A DNA stretch of 64,000 bases from positions 8,423 to 72,422 of the forward strand of contig CAZSTW010000010.1 in assembly GCA_964609845.1 (NCBI GenBank). Direction: 5' to 3'. Each line of letters begins with the position of its first letter. Within the stretch, counting starts at the first letter, position 1. Position numbers and translations under genes: made by a program. This document shows, piece after piece, positions 48,301-59,254 of the stretch. The notes under the pieces were generated by a model that saw nothing but the letters and a program-made list of their open reading frames with translations, was not told the origin of the DNA and searched no databases. Origin of the DNA: an uncultured Planctomycetaceae bacterium. GTDB taxonomy: Bacteria > Planctomycetota > Planctomycetia > Planctomycetales > Planctomycetaceae.

Positions 48301-49322
48301 ACGAACAGGTAAGCCACGAGCAGTGAACAGAGCAAGGTCAGTACCACCACGATCATGCGCCGGTTCGCGAGCGTGGTGACTCGAGTTTTCAGTAACCGAT
48401 CCAGCGTTGCTGCAGTCTGCAGATACAACGTGTCATGCTCCTTCAATACGTCGGTTCCCAACTGCCACATGTCATCGGGTGATACGCGTGATTCGGCACC
48501 TTGTGTTAACGCGTTGAGTGATTCGAGAAATCTGTCGGTGGCCTGAATACATCGATCCAATTCTGGACGCAAAACTTTGGGAAGGCTGGCGTCCGATGTT
48601 TCATGGATCGCCACTTCGAAGTGACGAATTATCGCATCTCGCTGAAGTTTGATTGTCCGTGACAGATACTCCAGTTGAAGATTATCCAGCACTTCGGCCG
48701 AGTTGCGAACGAGCAGCCCTGAGTAATAACCGCGTGCCTGACCGATCTGCTCGGCCGCTTGAGGCAAGACATTGACCGACAAATCCATCAGGTAGTACGA
48801 GTCGAGATCGGGGTCCAGAATGAGATTCGATCGATCTCCGACATGGCTCATAAGGTCCAGAACGCTGGCAATCAGCTTCGTGTGCGGGTTTGTGGGATCG
48901 ATCGGTGAGACGTCGCTGGGATTTTCGCCAAGGACACGCCATTCGTTTTTGATCTGAAGCCACAACGGCGAGGTTCGCAGGATCTGACCGAGCTTGCGAT
49001 CAACGATATCGATGGCCTGGACATCATCTTGCAGACGAATGTCGACTCGACTCAAATCCTGAGCGGCGTTTTTCTGATTCGCACGACTCCAGATCTGTCC
49101 CCGTCGTTCCCGCAGGTCAGCGGTAAACCGCTGCAACGGACGCAGGTATTCTGTCCCCAGTTGTTCCTTTGCCTAAAACGCAATGCGATGATTGAGTTCG
49201 TTGACAAGAAAAAACATGGCCAGCCCGAGGGGAAGGCCAAACAGGAGCGCGATCAATCCAAACTTGCGCGGATAGGTCAGTCGATTCAGCAATCGGATTG
49301 CCGGAGCGAAACCCTGTTTCAT
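45345..49322 (-). pseudogene. Hybrid sensor histidine kinase (TM - sensor - HAMP - 2xPAS - HisKA - HATPase - 2xREC - Hpt) carrying an in-frame TAG at codon 50
   Basis: HEIRTPMNGIIGM (H-box), GTGLGLTI (G2), two receiver domains (DAHMPEMDG, DMQMPEMDG) and Hpt (VAHTLRGS). An upstream in-frame segment from the ATG at 49322 encodes MKQGFAPAIRLLNRLTYPRKFGLIALLFGLPLGLAMFFLVNELNHRIAF-TAG-AKEQLGTEYLRPLQRF...; the TAG is at 49173-49175. Confidence 0.8.
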
Positions 49323-49407
49323 GGATACTGTCTTTCGTGAGCGAACAGTCGGCCAGTACGCTTTTCTATAGATTCATCGTCTTTCGGTTCATCGTACGGA
49401 GTTTTAC

Positions 49408-49683
49408 TCAATCTACCCCCACAATTTGTTCCGTTTGCGAAAGATTGAAGTCAACAATTTCCATGACGCGAATTGCTGCAGGCTCGGTGCTATTCCCTCC
49501 CTTTCGGTTTACCGCAGCGATTTTCCACGTTATTTCCAGTGGACGCCAAATATCGCCAGCAGTTGCTCGCAGGCGAGTCGGCCGTGTGAAACCATCCTTG
49601 TCCAGAATCTGGAATTCGCGAGGTTGATTTCGGCGGTCCATGGGCACAATGTTTTGAAGGTCATTCAGATCGGGATCGGACAA
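49408..49683 (-). CDS. Candidate small protein (91 aa) with an RRxxxR motif upstream of the kinase gene
   Basis: ATG ORF MSDPDLNDLQNIVPMDRRNQPREFQILDKDG... No convincing family match. Weak evidence only. Confidence 0.25.
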   Translation of the reverse strand: MSDPDLNDLQNIVPMDRRNQPREFQILDKDGFTRPTRLRATAGDIWRPLEITWKIAAVNRKGGNSTEPAAIRVMEIVDFNLSQTEQIVGVD

Positions 49684-51383
49684 TGTTCAAATCATCCATT
49701 CATGTGATTGCCTTCCATCTGGTGTGGTGCCTGGTGTCGGATGCTGCCTGTGCGGCGGAACCGTTGGAACATCGCTGGGTTTACCTCCAGCAGAACTTAC
49801 AGGTGACTGAGAATCTGCCGAAGATCGAGGCGATCCTCAGGCGGGCAGCCAAATCGGGATACAACGGCGTTGTCCTGGCCGACTATAAACTGAATATCCT
49901 CGATCGCGTCCCCGACCATTACTTCAAGAACGCCGCCAGATTCCAGGAACTATGCCGCGAACTGAATCTTGAGATCATTCCGACGGTTGCCAATTTCGGC
50001 TACAGCTCGGGGATTCTCGCACATGACCCCAATCTGGCTGAAGGGCTTCCCGCGCGCGACGTACCGTTCGTTGTACAAGGGGGGAAAGTCGTACTGGATG
50101 TCGAAAGCAAGAATCTGATTCCCGGCGACTTCGAAAGCTCGAAGGGTGACACATTCTCGGGCTGGGGTTATCAAGATGAACCAGGTCAGGGGACATTTGC
50201 TGACAGCGTGATTAAGCATGGGGGAAAGTCGTCACTGCGTATCCAGAACGCCCCGGGGATCGAAGGGAATCGGCGTGTCAGCAAGTCGATCAAGGTTCGT
50301 CCATGGTCGCAGTTTCATGCCTCGGTCTGGATCCGTACAGAGGGCTTTGAATCTGCAAGCGAGACCAGGATGTTTGCCATGTCGCCGTCGGGGCGAGTTC
50401 TCTCACACAGTAACCTGGGGGTGAAGCGCGATCAGGATTGGACGCTTCATCATGTTGTGCTCAATAGCCTCGACAGCAGCGAGATTCGGTTCTATCTCGG
50501 GACCTGGGGTTGTCGTGGTGGCAAACTCTGGATGGATGACGCTACGCTGATCGAGGAACCGTTCGTGAATCTTGTCCGTCGCCCCGGCTGTCCGTTGAAA
50601 GTCACGGACAATTCTCGCCAGACGACCTATGTTGAAGGACGTGACTTTGCGGAGTTACGCGATCTGAAACTCGGCAATACCCCATGGCCAGGCGAATTCG
50701 ATGTTTATCATGAACCACCATCGCTGGCGCTGTCGCCTGGTTCAACGATCAAAGAAGGACAGAAACTGCTGGTCAGTTACAGCCATGCCGTCACTATCTA
50801 TGATGCTCAGGTTCCATGTTCTTTGACCGAACCAAAGGTCTTTGAAATTGTCGAAGATCAGGTTCGGCGCGTGCAACAGCTGTTGAAGCCAAAAACCTAT
50901 TTCCTGAGCCACGACGAAATCCGCGTTGCCAACTGGAGCGACCCGGAACGTGCCTCGGGCAAATCGGCCGGGGAGCAACTGGCAGAAAACGTGCGTCGAT
51001 GTGCTGAGATCATTCGCAGGATCGATCCCCATGCCAGGTTGTGCATCTGGAGCGACATGTTTGACCCGCACCACAACGCCGTCAAGGACTTTTACCTCGT
51101 CAATGGCGACCTGGCCGGTTCTTGGAATGGCCTGCCGAAAGACACGATCATCATCAACTGGAACAGTGGCAAACCATCACCCAGCCTGAAACATTTTGCT
51201 GAACAGGGGCATACGCAGATCCTCGCGGGGTACTACGATGCCCCACCCGGTCGCATTCGCGACTGGTTGAACGTCGGCAAGGATGTCCCCCAAAGTCTCC
51301 GCGGCGCGATGTATACCACCTGGCAAGGCAATTTCACCGATCTGGAGGCATTTGCAGCCGCGGCCTGGGGCAGTCGCAAGTGA
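49683..51383 (+). CDS. Secreted hypothetical protein (566 aa), possibly glycoside-hydrolase-like
   Basis: Signal peptide MFKSSIHVIAFHLVWCLVSDAACAAEP. The ORF is long and uninterrupted. The functional call is only a guess from (beta/alpha)-barrel-like alternation. Confidence 0.6.
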   Translation: MFKSSIHVIAFHLVWCLVSDAACAAEPLEHRWVYLQQNLQVTENLPKIEAILRRAAKSGYNGVVLADYKLNILDRVPDHYFKNAARFQELCRELNLEIIPTVANFGYSSGILAHDPNLAEGLPARDVPFVVQGGKVVLDVESKNLIPGDFESSKGDTFSGWGYQDEPGQGTFADSVIKHGGKSSLRIQNAPGIEGNRRVSKSIKVRPWSQFHASVWIRTEGFESASETRMFAMSPSGRVLSHSNLGVKRDQDWTLHHVVLNSLDSSEIRFYLGTWGCRGGKLWMDDATLIEEPFVNLVRRPGCPLKVTDNSRQTTYVEGRDFAELRDLKLGNTPWPGEFDVYHEPPSLALSPGSTIKEGQKLLVSYSHAVTIYDAQVPCSLTEPKVFEIVEDQVRRVQQLLKPKTYFLSHDEIRVANWSDPERASGKSAGEQLAENVRRCAEIIRRIDPHARLCIWSDMFDPHHNAVKDFYLVNGDLAGSWNGLPKDTIIINWNSGKPSPSLKHFAEQGHTQILAGYYDAPPGRIRDWLNVGKDVPQSLRGAMYTTWQGNFTDLEAFAAAAWGSRK

Positions 51384-51553
51384 ATCCAACAAATGACCGT
51401 CCAGTGAATTCAGGAATCTCTCAGGTTCCTCGATTCACAGGATGCGAACAGGAGTCCCGCTTGCTGTTCCGGTTCGTTCCTCAGACAATGGATTTTCGCC
51501 AATCGCTGGTGTAATTGACGTGTAAATACATCGAACGACAAGACAGACGACTT

Positions 51554-53236
51554 ATGGATATTGCCAAGACTCTGATCCGACACGGACTGGCTTCCCGCGA
51601 GCAAATCGATTCCGCCCTGCCGAAAACGGGGGGACGCCGGTTGGATCGTGTGCTCGTTGAACTGGGGATCGTCTCGGAAGATGACGTTTTGAAGGCGTTT
51701 GCCGATGAACTTGGCATGCCGTTCGTCGATGTCAAACGAGAATTGATTGACCGTGAACTGCTGATGCAGTTCCCCACGACAGCGGTCTTTCGACATTCAC
51801 TGCTGCCGATTTCACGTAAGAACGGTAGTGTTGTCGTTGCCACGTCAGATCCCTTCAACCTGGAAGCGTTGGAAGAACTGGAATCGGTCAGTGGATTCCA
51901 TCTGGTCCCAGTTCTGGCGCGCCGCCTGGATGTGGTTGACCTGATCAAGGAGCATCTGGGAGTTGGTGGAGATACGCTGAACGAACTGGTCGCCCAGCGT
52001 TCGGCTGACGGAGTTGAACTGCTCAGTGACATTTCCCAGGACGATGGCGACCTGGCTCAACAGGCCGAAAATGCCTCGGTCATCAAGCTGGTTAACGAAC
52101 TGCTGCTGGAAGCTCTGGAGCAGCAGGCGAGTGACGTGCATATCGAGCCCCAGGAAAACGGGCTGATCATCCGGTATCGCGTCGATGGATTGCTGCGGGT
52201 TCAACCGGTGCCTGAATCAATCATGCACTTCTACGCTGCGATTGTGACTCGCTTGAAGATCATGTCCAAGCTGAACATTGCCGAGAAGCGCATTCCTCAG
52301 GACGGTCGTATCAAGCTGAAGATCTCTGGCCGTGAGATCGATGTCCGTGTTTCGATCATCCCGATGATCTATGGCGAAGGGGTCGTCCTGCGACTGCTCG
52401 ACAAAAGCCGGATGGTGTTCAATCTGAAAAATGTCGGCATGCCGGACGATATGGCAAAGACGTTTCACGACTTGATTGCGATGCCCCACGGTATCGTCCT
52501 GGTCACAGGCCCTACCGGGAGCGGAAAGACGTCGACCCTGTACAGTGCTCTTAATGAAATCAAAGATCCATCGATCAAGATCATTACGGTGGAAGACCCC
52601 GTGGAATATCAGAATCCGGGCATCAGCCAGATTCAGGTTCACAGCAAGGTCGGCCTGACGTTCGGTGCCGGTCTGCGCAGTATCCTGCGACATGACCCCG
52701 ACGTGATCCTGATCGGGGAAATTCGCGATGGCGAAACGGCTGAGGCCGCGATCCAGGCGTCGTTAACCGGTCACCTCGTTTTCAGTACCCTGCACACCAA
52801 CGACGCCCCCAGTGCTTTCGCGCGACTGATTGATATGGGAGTGGAACCCTACCTGGTTGCCAGTACCGTGGAAGGAGTCCTGGCACAGCGACTGGTGCGA
52901 GTCCTGTGCAAGAAATGCAAAGTCCCCTACAAGCCCGACCCTGAAGAGGTCCCTGAAGACTTCCCGCGTCCTATCCCTGAGAACTTCTGGAAGCCCGCCG
53001 GTTGTCGTGAATGTCGCGGAACCGGTTATTCAGGTCGACGAGCGATCTTTGAATTGCTGCGTACCGACCCCGAAATCGGTCGGCTTTGCGTCGCCCGAGC
53101 CAGCGCCACCGCGATACGTGACCACGCCCTAAAAAGCGGCATGATCACACTGCGACTCAACGGATATCAGAGAGTCATCGATGGAACAACGACGCTGGAT
53201 GAAGTCTTGCGAATCACCAAGGGTGACGTTTCGTAA
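51554..53236 (+). CDS. GspE/PilB-family secretion ATPase (type II secretion / type IV pilus assembly)
   Basis: T2SSE_N-type N-domain, Walker A GPTGSGKT, Asp box ITVEDPVEY, Walker B ILIGEIRD, His box FSTLHTND, and the tetracysteine CKKC...CREC. Confidence 0.9.
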   Translation: MDIAKTLIRHGLASREQIDSALPKTGGRRLDRVLVELGIVSEDDVLKAFADELGMPFVDVKRELIDRELLMQFPTTAVFRHSLLPISRKNGSVVVATSDPFNLEALEELESVSGFHLVPVLARRLDVVDLIKEHLGVGGDTLNELVAQRSADGVELLSDISQDDGDLAQQAENASVIKLVNELLLEALEQQASDVHIEPQENGLIIRYRVDGLLRVQPVPESIMHFYAAIVTRLKIMSKLNIAEKRIPQDGRIKLKISGREIDVRVSIIPMIYGEGVVLRLLDKSRMVFNLKNVGMPDDMAKTFHDLIAMPHGIVLVTGPTGSGKTSTLYSALNEIKDPSIKIITVEDPVEYQNPGISQIQVHSKVGLTFGAGLRSILRHDPDVILIGEIRDGETAEAAIQASLTGHLVFSTLHTNDAPSAFARLIDMGVEPYLVASTVEGVLAQRLVRVLCKKCKVPYKPDPEEVPEDFPRPIPENFWKPAGCRECRGTGYSGRRAIFELLRTDPEIGRLCVARASATAIRDHALKSGMITLRLNGYQRVIDGTTTLDEVLRITKGDVS

Positions 53237-53238
53237 GA

Positions 53239-55113
53239 CTACGCCTTACGAATGAACTCGGCGGCGTAGCTGCGGACTCGTTGCCCGTTCAAGACGTGGA
53301 ACATCCGCAGTTGCTGCACGGTTTCCTGGCTGAACCGCCCCAATGGGACGTGGATCAGTTTCTTCCCATAACGCTTGGCTAGACGACGCCAGGCGGGACC
53401 AGGAGGAGCATAGCTGAGCAGTGCCACGTGGCGTTCGCGAGCGTGGAAACAGGCCGCCGCCAACAATCGCTCTTCCATCGTATCGACGAAATCGAATCGT
53501 CCGTTCGACCAGATGTCTGGAACAGGGCGTGGCGGAAACAGGAACATCGCTCCGCCGTAGGTCGCCTGACCAATTCCCGGGCCCACCATATTTTCCAGAT
53601 AGTTCGACGCAAACAGCGCCAACGTCGATTCGTCATGGTGTTCGGCGTGCCACGTGACGCGCCAGGGATAGTCGCGAGGATCGGCCGGGCTGTCGAACAG
53701 CATCACGACACAATCCAGGCTTCCACGTGTCGGAGGCAGCACTTTGACATACAGATCACCTGTATGCCAGTTACGCAATGTCTCACGGATATCGAGGCCG
53801 TCTTTCAGGCTGGTACTGAACTTTTCACTGCGAGCCAGATCCGTTCCCAGCATCGTCAGCGCCGTATCTTTGACGTGCGTTCGGAACCGTTCGACAGCAA
53901 CGTCCTCAGGTGGCCAACTGCATTGATGATACGGATTCCACCGCATCTGCCATTCATCCTGTTGCGGCTTGGGAGGCTGCGGCTTCAATCGACAGGTACG
54001 CCATTCCATCGCCTGACCCGGCAGACGGTTGACCAGATTGACGAGGTCGCCATTCGAAAGATGTCCGCGATTGATTCCGAGCCGGATTTCCGGAAACGGA
54101 ATCAACTGATGATAGGGATATTCACTCGCTGTCTGGGCCAGTGAGATGGCAAACTGGTCTCCGGCAATCTGCTGTGCCGCGACGATCAGCGTGTAAAGGG
54201 TCGGAGTCATCCGCCGTTCGATCAGAGTCAGATTCCGAACATACTGCAGATAGATCCGCAGCAGCTTTGGAGTGATCTTTCGTGCCCGGTTCCCCAGTTC
54301 GGCCTTATATTGATCACGTGCGGCGAGCAGCATGGCCTTGACGCCGTCGAGCGACAGGTTTTCGTCGGCTTCGAGCTCTACACGGGCTCGCTCATACAGT
54401 CCCGTGATGAACGGCAGTTCGCCGAGCATGAAGAGCAGCGTCTCAGGGTCAGCCCGAAAAATCTTCGTCTCTTCGACATCATCATTCGTTACCACCGCTG
54501 GTGTGCGTTCGATGAACGCCTCGCGAATCCAGGGCCAATCGACAATTGAACAGACGAACAGGATTCGCTCGTACTTCTGTTCGAGTTCACGCAGTTGCGA
54601 CGCCATGAAGATGGCGCGATCCTGCGGTTGTCCTTCGGGCAGGCGGCTGATACTCGGCAGTACAGCCGTTGCGAATTTGTCGGGTGGGACATGCTTGAGC
54701 GCATAGGGATCAGGAAGCGCTGCGGCATAACTTTCAAACTGGGCAGTTTCCAGATCGATAAATTGACAGGGCATCCGTTCCTGCTGCGCGATCCGTATGG
54801 CGGCGATTACTCCCTGGCAGGGATCGATTGGCACGTAGCTGAACGTTCTCGGTGTTTCGTCATCCTTCTCATCCTTTTCCTGGCTCCATTCGTTGACCTG
54901 AAACCCTTGTGGTTCCTCCTGTGTGACCAATGACACGTTCGGTAGAAACGCAATTGCACGTTCGACATCTTCCTGAAATGACGGCGGCAGTGGGACTGCC
55001 AGGCAGTCAAATGACTGCGTCAGCATGACTCGTCGAACTTCAATGGCAAAATCACCACTGCCATGAATGATTGGCAGACAGGTGATTCGATCGCTGAATT
55101 GCAGGACGTTCAT
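53239..55113 (-). CDS. Hypothetical 624-aa protein, possibly TraB/DUF5682-like, partner of the upstream AAA_5 ATPase
   Basis: The N-terminus ITCLPIIHGSGDFAIEVRRVM...FDCLAVPLPPSF resembles the IxGxxH...VxVExP start of TraB/DUF5682-type proteins (recalled from memory, not searched). It lies 67 nt downstream of the ATPase on the same strand. Confidence 0.65.
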   Translation of the reverse strand: MNVLQFSDRITCLPIIHGSGDFAIEVRRVMLTQSFDCLAVPLPPSFQEDVERAIAFLPNVSLVTQEEPQGFQVNEWSQEKDEKDDETPRTFSYVPIDPCQGVIAAIRIAQQERMPCQFIDLETAQFESYAAALPDPYALKHVPPDKFATAVLPSISRLPEGQPQDRAIFMASQLRELEQKYERILFVCSIVDWPWIREAFIERTPAVVTNDDVEETKIFRADPETLLFMLGELPFITGLYERARVELEADENLSLDGVKAMLLAARDQYKAELGNRARKITPKLLRIYLQYVRNLTLIERRMTPTLYTLIVAAQQIAGDQFAISLAQTASEYPYHQLIPFPEIRLGINRGHLSNGDLVNLVNRLPGQAMEWRTCRLKPQPPKPQQDEWQMRWNPYHQCSWPPEDVAVERFRTHVKDTALTMLGTDLARSEKFSTSLKDGLDIRETLRNWHTGDLYVKVLPPTRGSLDCVVMLFDSPADPRDYPWRVTWHAEHHDESTLALFASNYLENMVGPGIGQATYGGAMFLFPPRPVPDIWSNGRFDFVDTMEERLLAAACFHARERHVALLSYAPPGPAWRRLAKRYGKKLIHVPLGRFSQETVQQLRMFHVLNGQRVRSYAAEFIRKA

Positions 55114-55180
55114 GATGGTCGATCGTTACTGAATGTGTTGTTCGCGAAGGCTGCAGTCGAGGAATTGAACCGGTGGCCGT

Positions 55181-56143
55181 TTACTCTTCGTCGTCGTCCT
55201 CTTCGTCCTCGTCGTCATAGTCTGGATGCAGGGGGTCATCAGGATCGAAGAAGAAATCACCGAGTCCCATCGGCATGGTGTTGCCCCCGAGTGACTGCTG
55301 CCGTCGCTTGGCGGTTTCATTCAAATCGATGGCTTCTTCGCCCAGACAGTTGATCAAGGCTTCTTGCCAGACGAGATCCTTAGCGACGGGATGCGACGGA
55401 TCTTGAGCGAGTCGCTTCATGGCGTATCGCAGGACGTTCATTCCGTCGCGTGTCGAAAAGTCCAGATTCAATTGATGCGACTGTTGCAGGAACTCGACCG
55501 TCAGGTTGAGCATCTCGGGTTCGGCAAACGGCAGGTGATAATGCAGGATCGCCATTTCGTCGCTGCGTTGAGGATGTCCGAGTGTCAGTGTCGGCTGCAG
55601 TCGACTGAGGATGTAGTCGGGAATCTCAAACGTCGATTCGTCATCGTTCATGGTCACGGCGCATCGGAAGTCCTTGTGGGCGTGAATCGTGATCCCCGCC
55701 ACAATCGACTCGACGTAGCGACGATGATCGAGCAGCGGTGCCAGACTGGCCCACGACTTCTCGTTCATCCGGTTTCCTTCGTCGAGGATACAGATCCCCC
55801 CCCGAACCATTGCAGTCACGAGTGGTGAGGCGTGGTACTTGATCTTACCGCTTTCGGCGAGCACCGGGGTGACCAGCAGGTCTTCGGGACGTGTGTCTGA
55901 CGTACATTGGTAAATGTACAGATCCTGGTTTCGCGTTCGACCTGCGGAAATGGCGAGCGTTGTTTTGCCGATGCCGGGTGTCCCCACGATTCGAGGAGAC
56001 AGAGGCATGTCTTTTTCATCGACGACCAGCCAGCAGGCCAGAAGCTGCATCAGGATTTCGCGTTGACCAATCCATTCTCCGGCTGATTCATCGGGCTGGC
56101 TCAAGTCAAGGCGGACTCCGCCAATTTCAACGTGATTCGTCAT
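55181..56143 (-). CDS. AAA+ ATPase, AAA_5 (MoxR/NorQ/McrB-like) family with poly-acidic C-terminal tail
   Basis: ATG at 56143. Walker [10 protein letters not shown], Walker [10 protein letters not shown]. The tail is [21 protein letters not shown]. Confidence 0.85.
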   Translation of the reverse strand: MTNHVEIGGVRLDLSQPDESAGEWIGQREILMQLLACWLVVDEKDMPLSPRIVGTPGIGKTTLAISAGRTRNQDLYIYQCTSDTRPEDLLVTPVLAESGKIKYHASPLVTAMVRGGICILDEGNRMNEKSWASLAPLLDHRRYVESIVAGITIHAHKDFRCAVTMNDDESTFEIPDYILSRLQPTLTLGHPQRSDEMAILHYHLPFAEPEMLNLTVEFLQQSHQLNLDFSTRDGMNVLRYAMKRLAQDPSHPVAKDLVWQEALINCLGEEAIDLNETAKRRQQSLGGNTMPMGLGDFFFDPDDPLHPDYDDEDEEDDDEE

Positions 56144-56296
56144 TGATCGATTTATTCCGTTGGACCGTACTTTTGAGAATCCGCCCCCCGGACGGATTAG
56201 CGAGTCAAAGAGCGTCCCTGCGGAATCGCTCTTGCAGCACATCTGGACTTCGATCATATCTCCCGGACAGGCGCCTCGCATCCTCGGGCTGTAATC

Positions 56297-57070
56297 ATGT
56301 CGACTTTCGTTCCCAAATCAGATCAACCGCTCGTCATCCGTCCTAAGGGAAAATCCGCGCATCGACTGGACTTTCATTTGCTGGAAGGGCCTCGCTCGCG
56401 GTTTGTCGAATTCATCGAACTGGTTCGTATCGGTTGGGAATTCATCCGAGGATATCGCGCACTGAGGTCCACCGGTCCTTGTGTGACGGTGTTTGGCTCA
56501 GCCCGATTCGGACCAGGCAATCCTTATTACGAGTTGGCGCGACAGACGGGGGCAGAAATGGCCCGGAAGGGATTTACCGTGATGACGGGTGGCGGTCCCG
56601 GAATCATGGAAGCGGCCAATCGAGGGGCCAAGGATGTCGGCGGGCGTTCGATCGGCTGTAACATCGTGCTTCCGGTCGAACAACGTCCCAATCCCTACCT
56701 CGACAAAATGATCCTGTTCCAGCACTTTTTTGTCCGGAAGGTGATGCTGGTCAAGTATTCCCAGGCGTTCCTGATCTTCCCGGGCGGGTTCGGAACCCTG
56801 GACGAAGCATTTGAGGCGGCAACCCTGATCCAGACAGGAAAGATCCATCAGTTCCCGCTGGTTTTTGTCGGAATCGAGTACTGGCAGCCCATCTTTGATT
56901 TTCTCAAAACCAAGCTTCTGGGGCACGGTGCGATCAGCCAGGTCGACTTTGATCGCCTGCTGCTCACAGATTCACTCGACGAGATCTGCGATGCCATGGA
57001 TACGTGCCCATCGACCATCTGCAGCAACGCAAAGCCTTGTCCGGAACGCCAATGGGGACTGGGACGATAA
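56297..57070 (+). CDS. LOG family protein (TIGR00730), long type
   Basis: VTVFGSARF...[17 protein letters not shown]...[14 protein letters not shown]. Confidence 0.85.
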   Translation: MSTFVPKSDQPLVIRPKGKSAHRLDFHLLEGPRSRFVEFIELVRIGWEFIRGYRALRSTGPCVTVFGSARFGPGNPYYELARQTGAEMARKGFTVMTGGGPGIMEAANRGAKDVGGRSIGCNIVLPVEQRPNPYLDKMILFQHFFVRKVMLVKYSQAFLIFPGGFGTLDEAFEAATLIQTGKIHQFPLVFVGIEYWQPIFDFLKTKLLGHGAISQVDFDRLLLTDSLDEICDAMDTCPSTICSNAKPCPERQWGLGR

Positions 57071-57282
57071 AACGGTTTGATGTGCCACTCGATGGACTTA
57101 ACCTGGTGTTCCAGCGGTGACGTCGTCGTCGAAACGGCTGTTGGCACCTGTGTTAAGACGTACAGGTCATAACGACGGAAGTGGGAATAACGGCACTTGT
57201 AGAGCCCTACAACCCCAACGGCCGATACGATCGATGCCGCCTGTTGACGCTTCCTCGCGGCGTTTGACAGGAATTCGTCGAT

Positions 57283-58185
57283 ATGAACAGCCACGCACAA
57301 TCACGCCCCCGAGCGCATCCTCTGCTGCTGATCTGCGGCTGTGCGTTGCTGATTGGCTTCGTGATCTTTGATAAACCCGCACCCCGAAATCCACGCGGAA
57401 AGAAGCAGCCAACCCGCTTTGCGAGTTCGACCCGGACTGTGCCAGTCGACTCTTCCGAGTCGAAAGTGGCAATCCCCCATTCTGATCGCTGCACTGAAAA
57501 TAACGTCCGAGACCTCCAGAAAGAACTTGATGCCACCACAGATGAACTCGGCAGAGTCTTGACGGATCTGGCGGCGGCTCAGCGTGCGGCGGAATTGGCC
57601 GGAGCACAGATCGAGTGCCTGGAGTCGGAGCTGTCACGATGCAACCTGGACCTGGCCACCGCCGAAAAGGGTCATGCGGCGCTGATCCAGGAAAAATCAG
57701 AACTCGCCAGCCAGGATCAGGCACGACTCGCCCGTTCAGCTGAAATCGTCAAGAACTTCGAAGTATCACAGAAACAGCATCTGTTACAGCAATTCCAGCA
57801 GATCGAAAAGGATCGCAAAGCTCGTGAACAGTTGCGGGCAAGGTTGAATCAACCACCCGAAGATCAGAATGAATCGATTCGGGAACGTCAGCGAAAGCGA
57901 GTGGCCTCGCGGCAGGCTGATGCGGAACTGGCGGCGTTTCGGGAACAGGAGTCGCATCGACTGCGCGCCGAAGAACTGGCGCTTCAAACGCGAATCACAC
58001 AGGCAGAGCGTCTGCAGCGAAAAACAGCCGCACAGCGTCAGGAAACACTCGCAAAACTCGACGAAGCCCGGCAAACGCTGTTGGCGTGTCAATCGATGAT
58101 TGATCGTAGCCAGCCGCAACTGAGTCGCCTGGAAGCACAGCGAGCTTCCCTCATCGCAAGTGCTCGGGTCGCAAGTCACCATTGA
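57283..58185 (+). CDS. Membrane-anchored coiled-coil protein; hypothetical
   Basis: N-terminal TM ([16 protein letters not shown]) followed by a ~230-aa Q/E/A/L/R-rich heptad-like sequence. Confidence 0.55.
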   Translation: MNSHAQSRPRAHPLLLICGCALLIGFVIFDKPAPRNPRGKKQPTRFASSTRTVPVDSSESKVAIPHSDRCTENNVRDLQKELDATTDELGRVLTDLAAAQRAAELAGAQIECLESELSRCNLDLATAEKGHAALIQEKSELASQDQARLARSAEIVKNFEVSQKQHLLQQFQQIEKDRKAREQLRARLNQPPEDQNESIRERQRKRVASRQADAELAAFREQESHRLRAEELALQTRITQAERLQRKTAAQRQETLAKLDEARQTLLACQSMIDRSQPQLSRLEAQRASLIASARVASHH

Positions 58186-58354
58186 TTGTGGGTTACGCCC
58201 GCTACGGCTGGAACAAGTTGATCGTCCGTCCCCAAAAGTTTCCACATCGACCGAGCCACCTGGCTTGGATACCATGCCGCAGACCGGGGCAGGATTCAGG
58301 GCATTCAAACGGACCCGGTCAGGTCTGGAACTTTGTTTTAATAAGGTCGCAGCG

Positions 58355-59254
58355 GTGAATCAGAACTTCGGGACAGCGGCACGAAAAGGGATCATTCTTG
58401 CTGGAGGGTCGGGGACACGATTGCACCCTTCGACAAAAGTCGTCAGCAAACAACTGATGCCAGTCTACGACAAACCGATGGTCTACTATCCTCTCTCCAC
58501 GATGATGCTGGCGGGGATGCGTGAGATCCTGGTGATCAGCACGCCGATGGATCTTCCTTCGTACCAGCGATTGCTGGGCGATGGCAGCGAATGGGGTCTG
58601 CAGTTTCAATATGCAGAACAGCCTGCACCCAATGGGATCGCACAGGCCCTGATCATCGCTGAATCATTCCTGCAGGGAGCCCCTTCGTGCCTGATCCTGG
58701 GTGACAATATCTTTTACGGTCACAATATGGCTCAGTCACTGCAGGTCGTCAGCGCGAGGACAAGTGGCGCGACAGTGTTTGCATACCACGTCCGTGATCC
58801 CGAGCGATACGGTGTGGTTGTGTTGAATGCCGAAGGGAAGGCACAGGAGATCGAAGAAAAGCCGAAGGTCGCTCGTTCGAACTATGCCGTGACCGGTCTC
58901 TATTTTTATGACAGCGAAGCCCCCGCCATTGCCCGGTCACTGAAGCCGTCAGCCCGTGGAGAACTCGAAATCACCGACGTCAACCGCGAATACCTGCGAC
59001 GCGGCACTTTGGAAGTCGAGATTTTCGGTCGAGGCACAGCCTGGCTCGATACAGGAACGCATCAATCACTGCTGGAGGCGTCCACGTTTGTCAGTGTCCT
59101 CGAAGCCCGACAGGGCCTGAAAGTTGCGTGCCCCGAAGAAATCGCCTGGCGATTGGGATACATCTCAGCCGAACAACTCCGGAAGCTCGCAGAACCGATG
59201 CAGAACAACAGCTATGGTCAGTATCTGATGGAGTTGTCGCGAAGTGGCGATTAG
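58355..59254 (+). CDS. rfbA: Glucose-1-phosphate thymidylyltransferase
   Basis: [95 protein letters not shown] at 58355 is preferred; ATG at 58274 is an alternative. Confidence 0.9.
   Translation: MNQNFGTAARKGIILAGGSGTRLHPSTKVVSKQLMPVYDKPMVYYPLSTMMLAGMREILVISTPMDLPSYQRLLGDGSEWGLQFQYAEQPAPNGIAQALIIAESFLQGAPSCLILGDNIFYGHNMAQSLQVVSARTSGATVFAYHVRDPERYGVVVLNAEGKAQEIEEKPKVARSNYAVTGLYFYDSEAPAIARSLKPSARGELEITDVNREYLRRGTLEVEIFGRGTAWLDTGTHQSLLEASTFVSVLEARQGLKVACPEEIAWRLGYISAEQLRKLAEPMQNNSYGQYLMELSRSGD

Noticed and set aside
12686-57070. Two LOG-family paralogues in one window as a possible linked system
   Set aside because: They are 43 kb apart, of different subtypes (197 aa versus 257 aa) and in unrelated contexts. 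Multiple LOG paralogues are common in bacteria.
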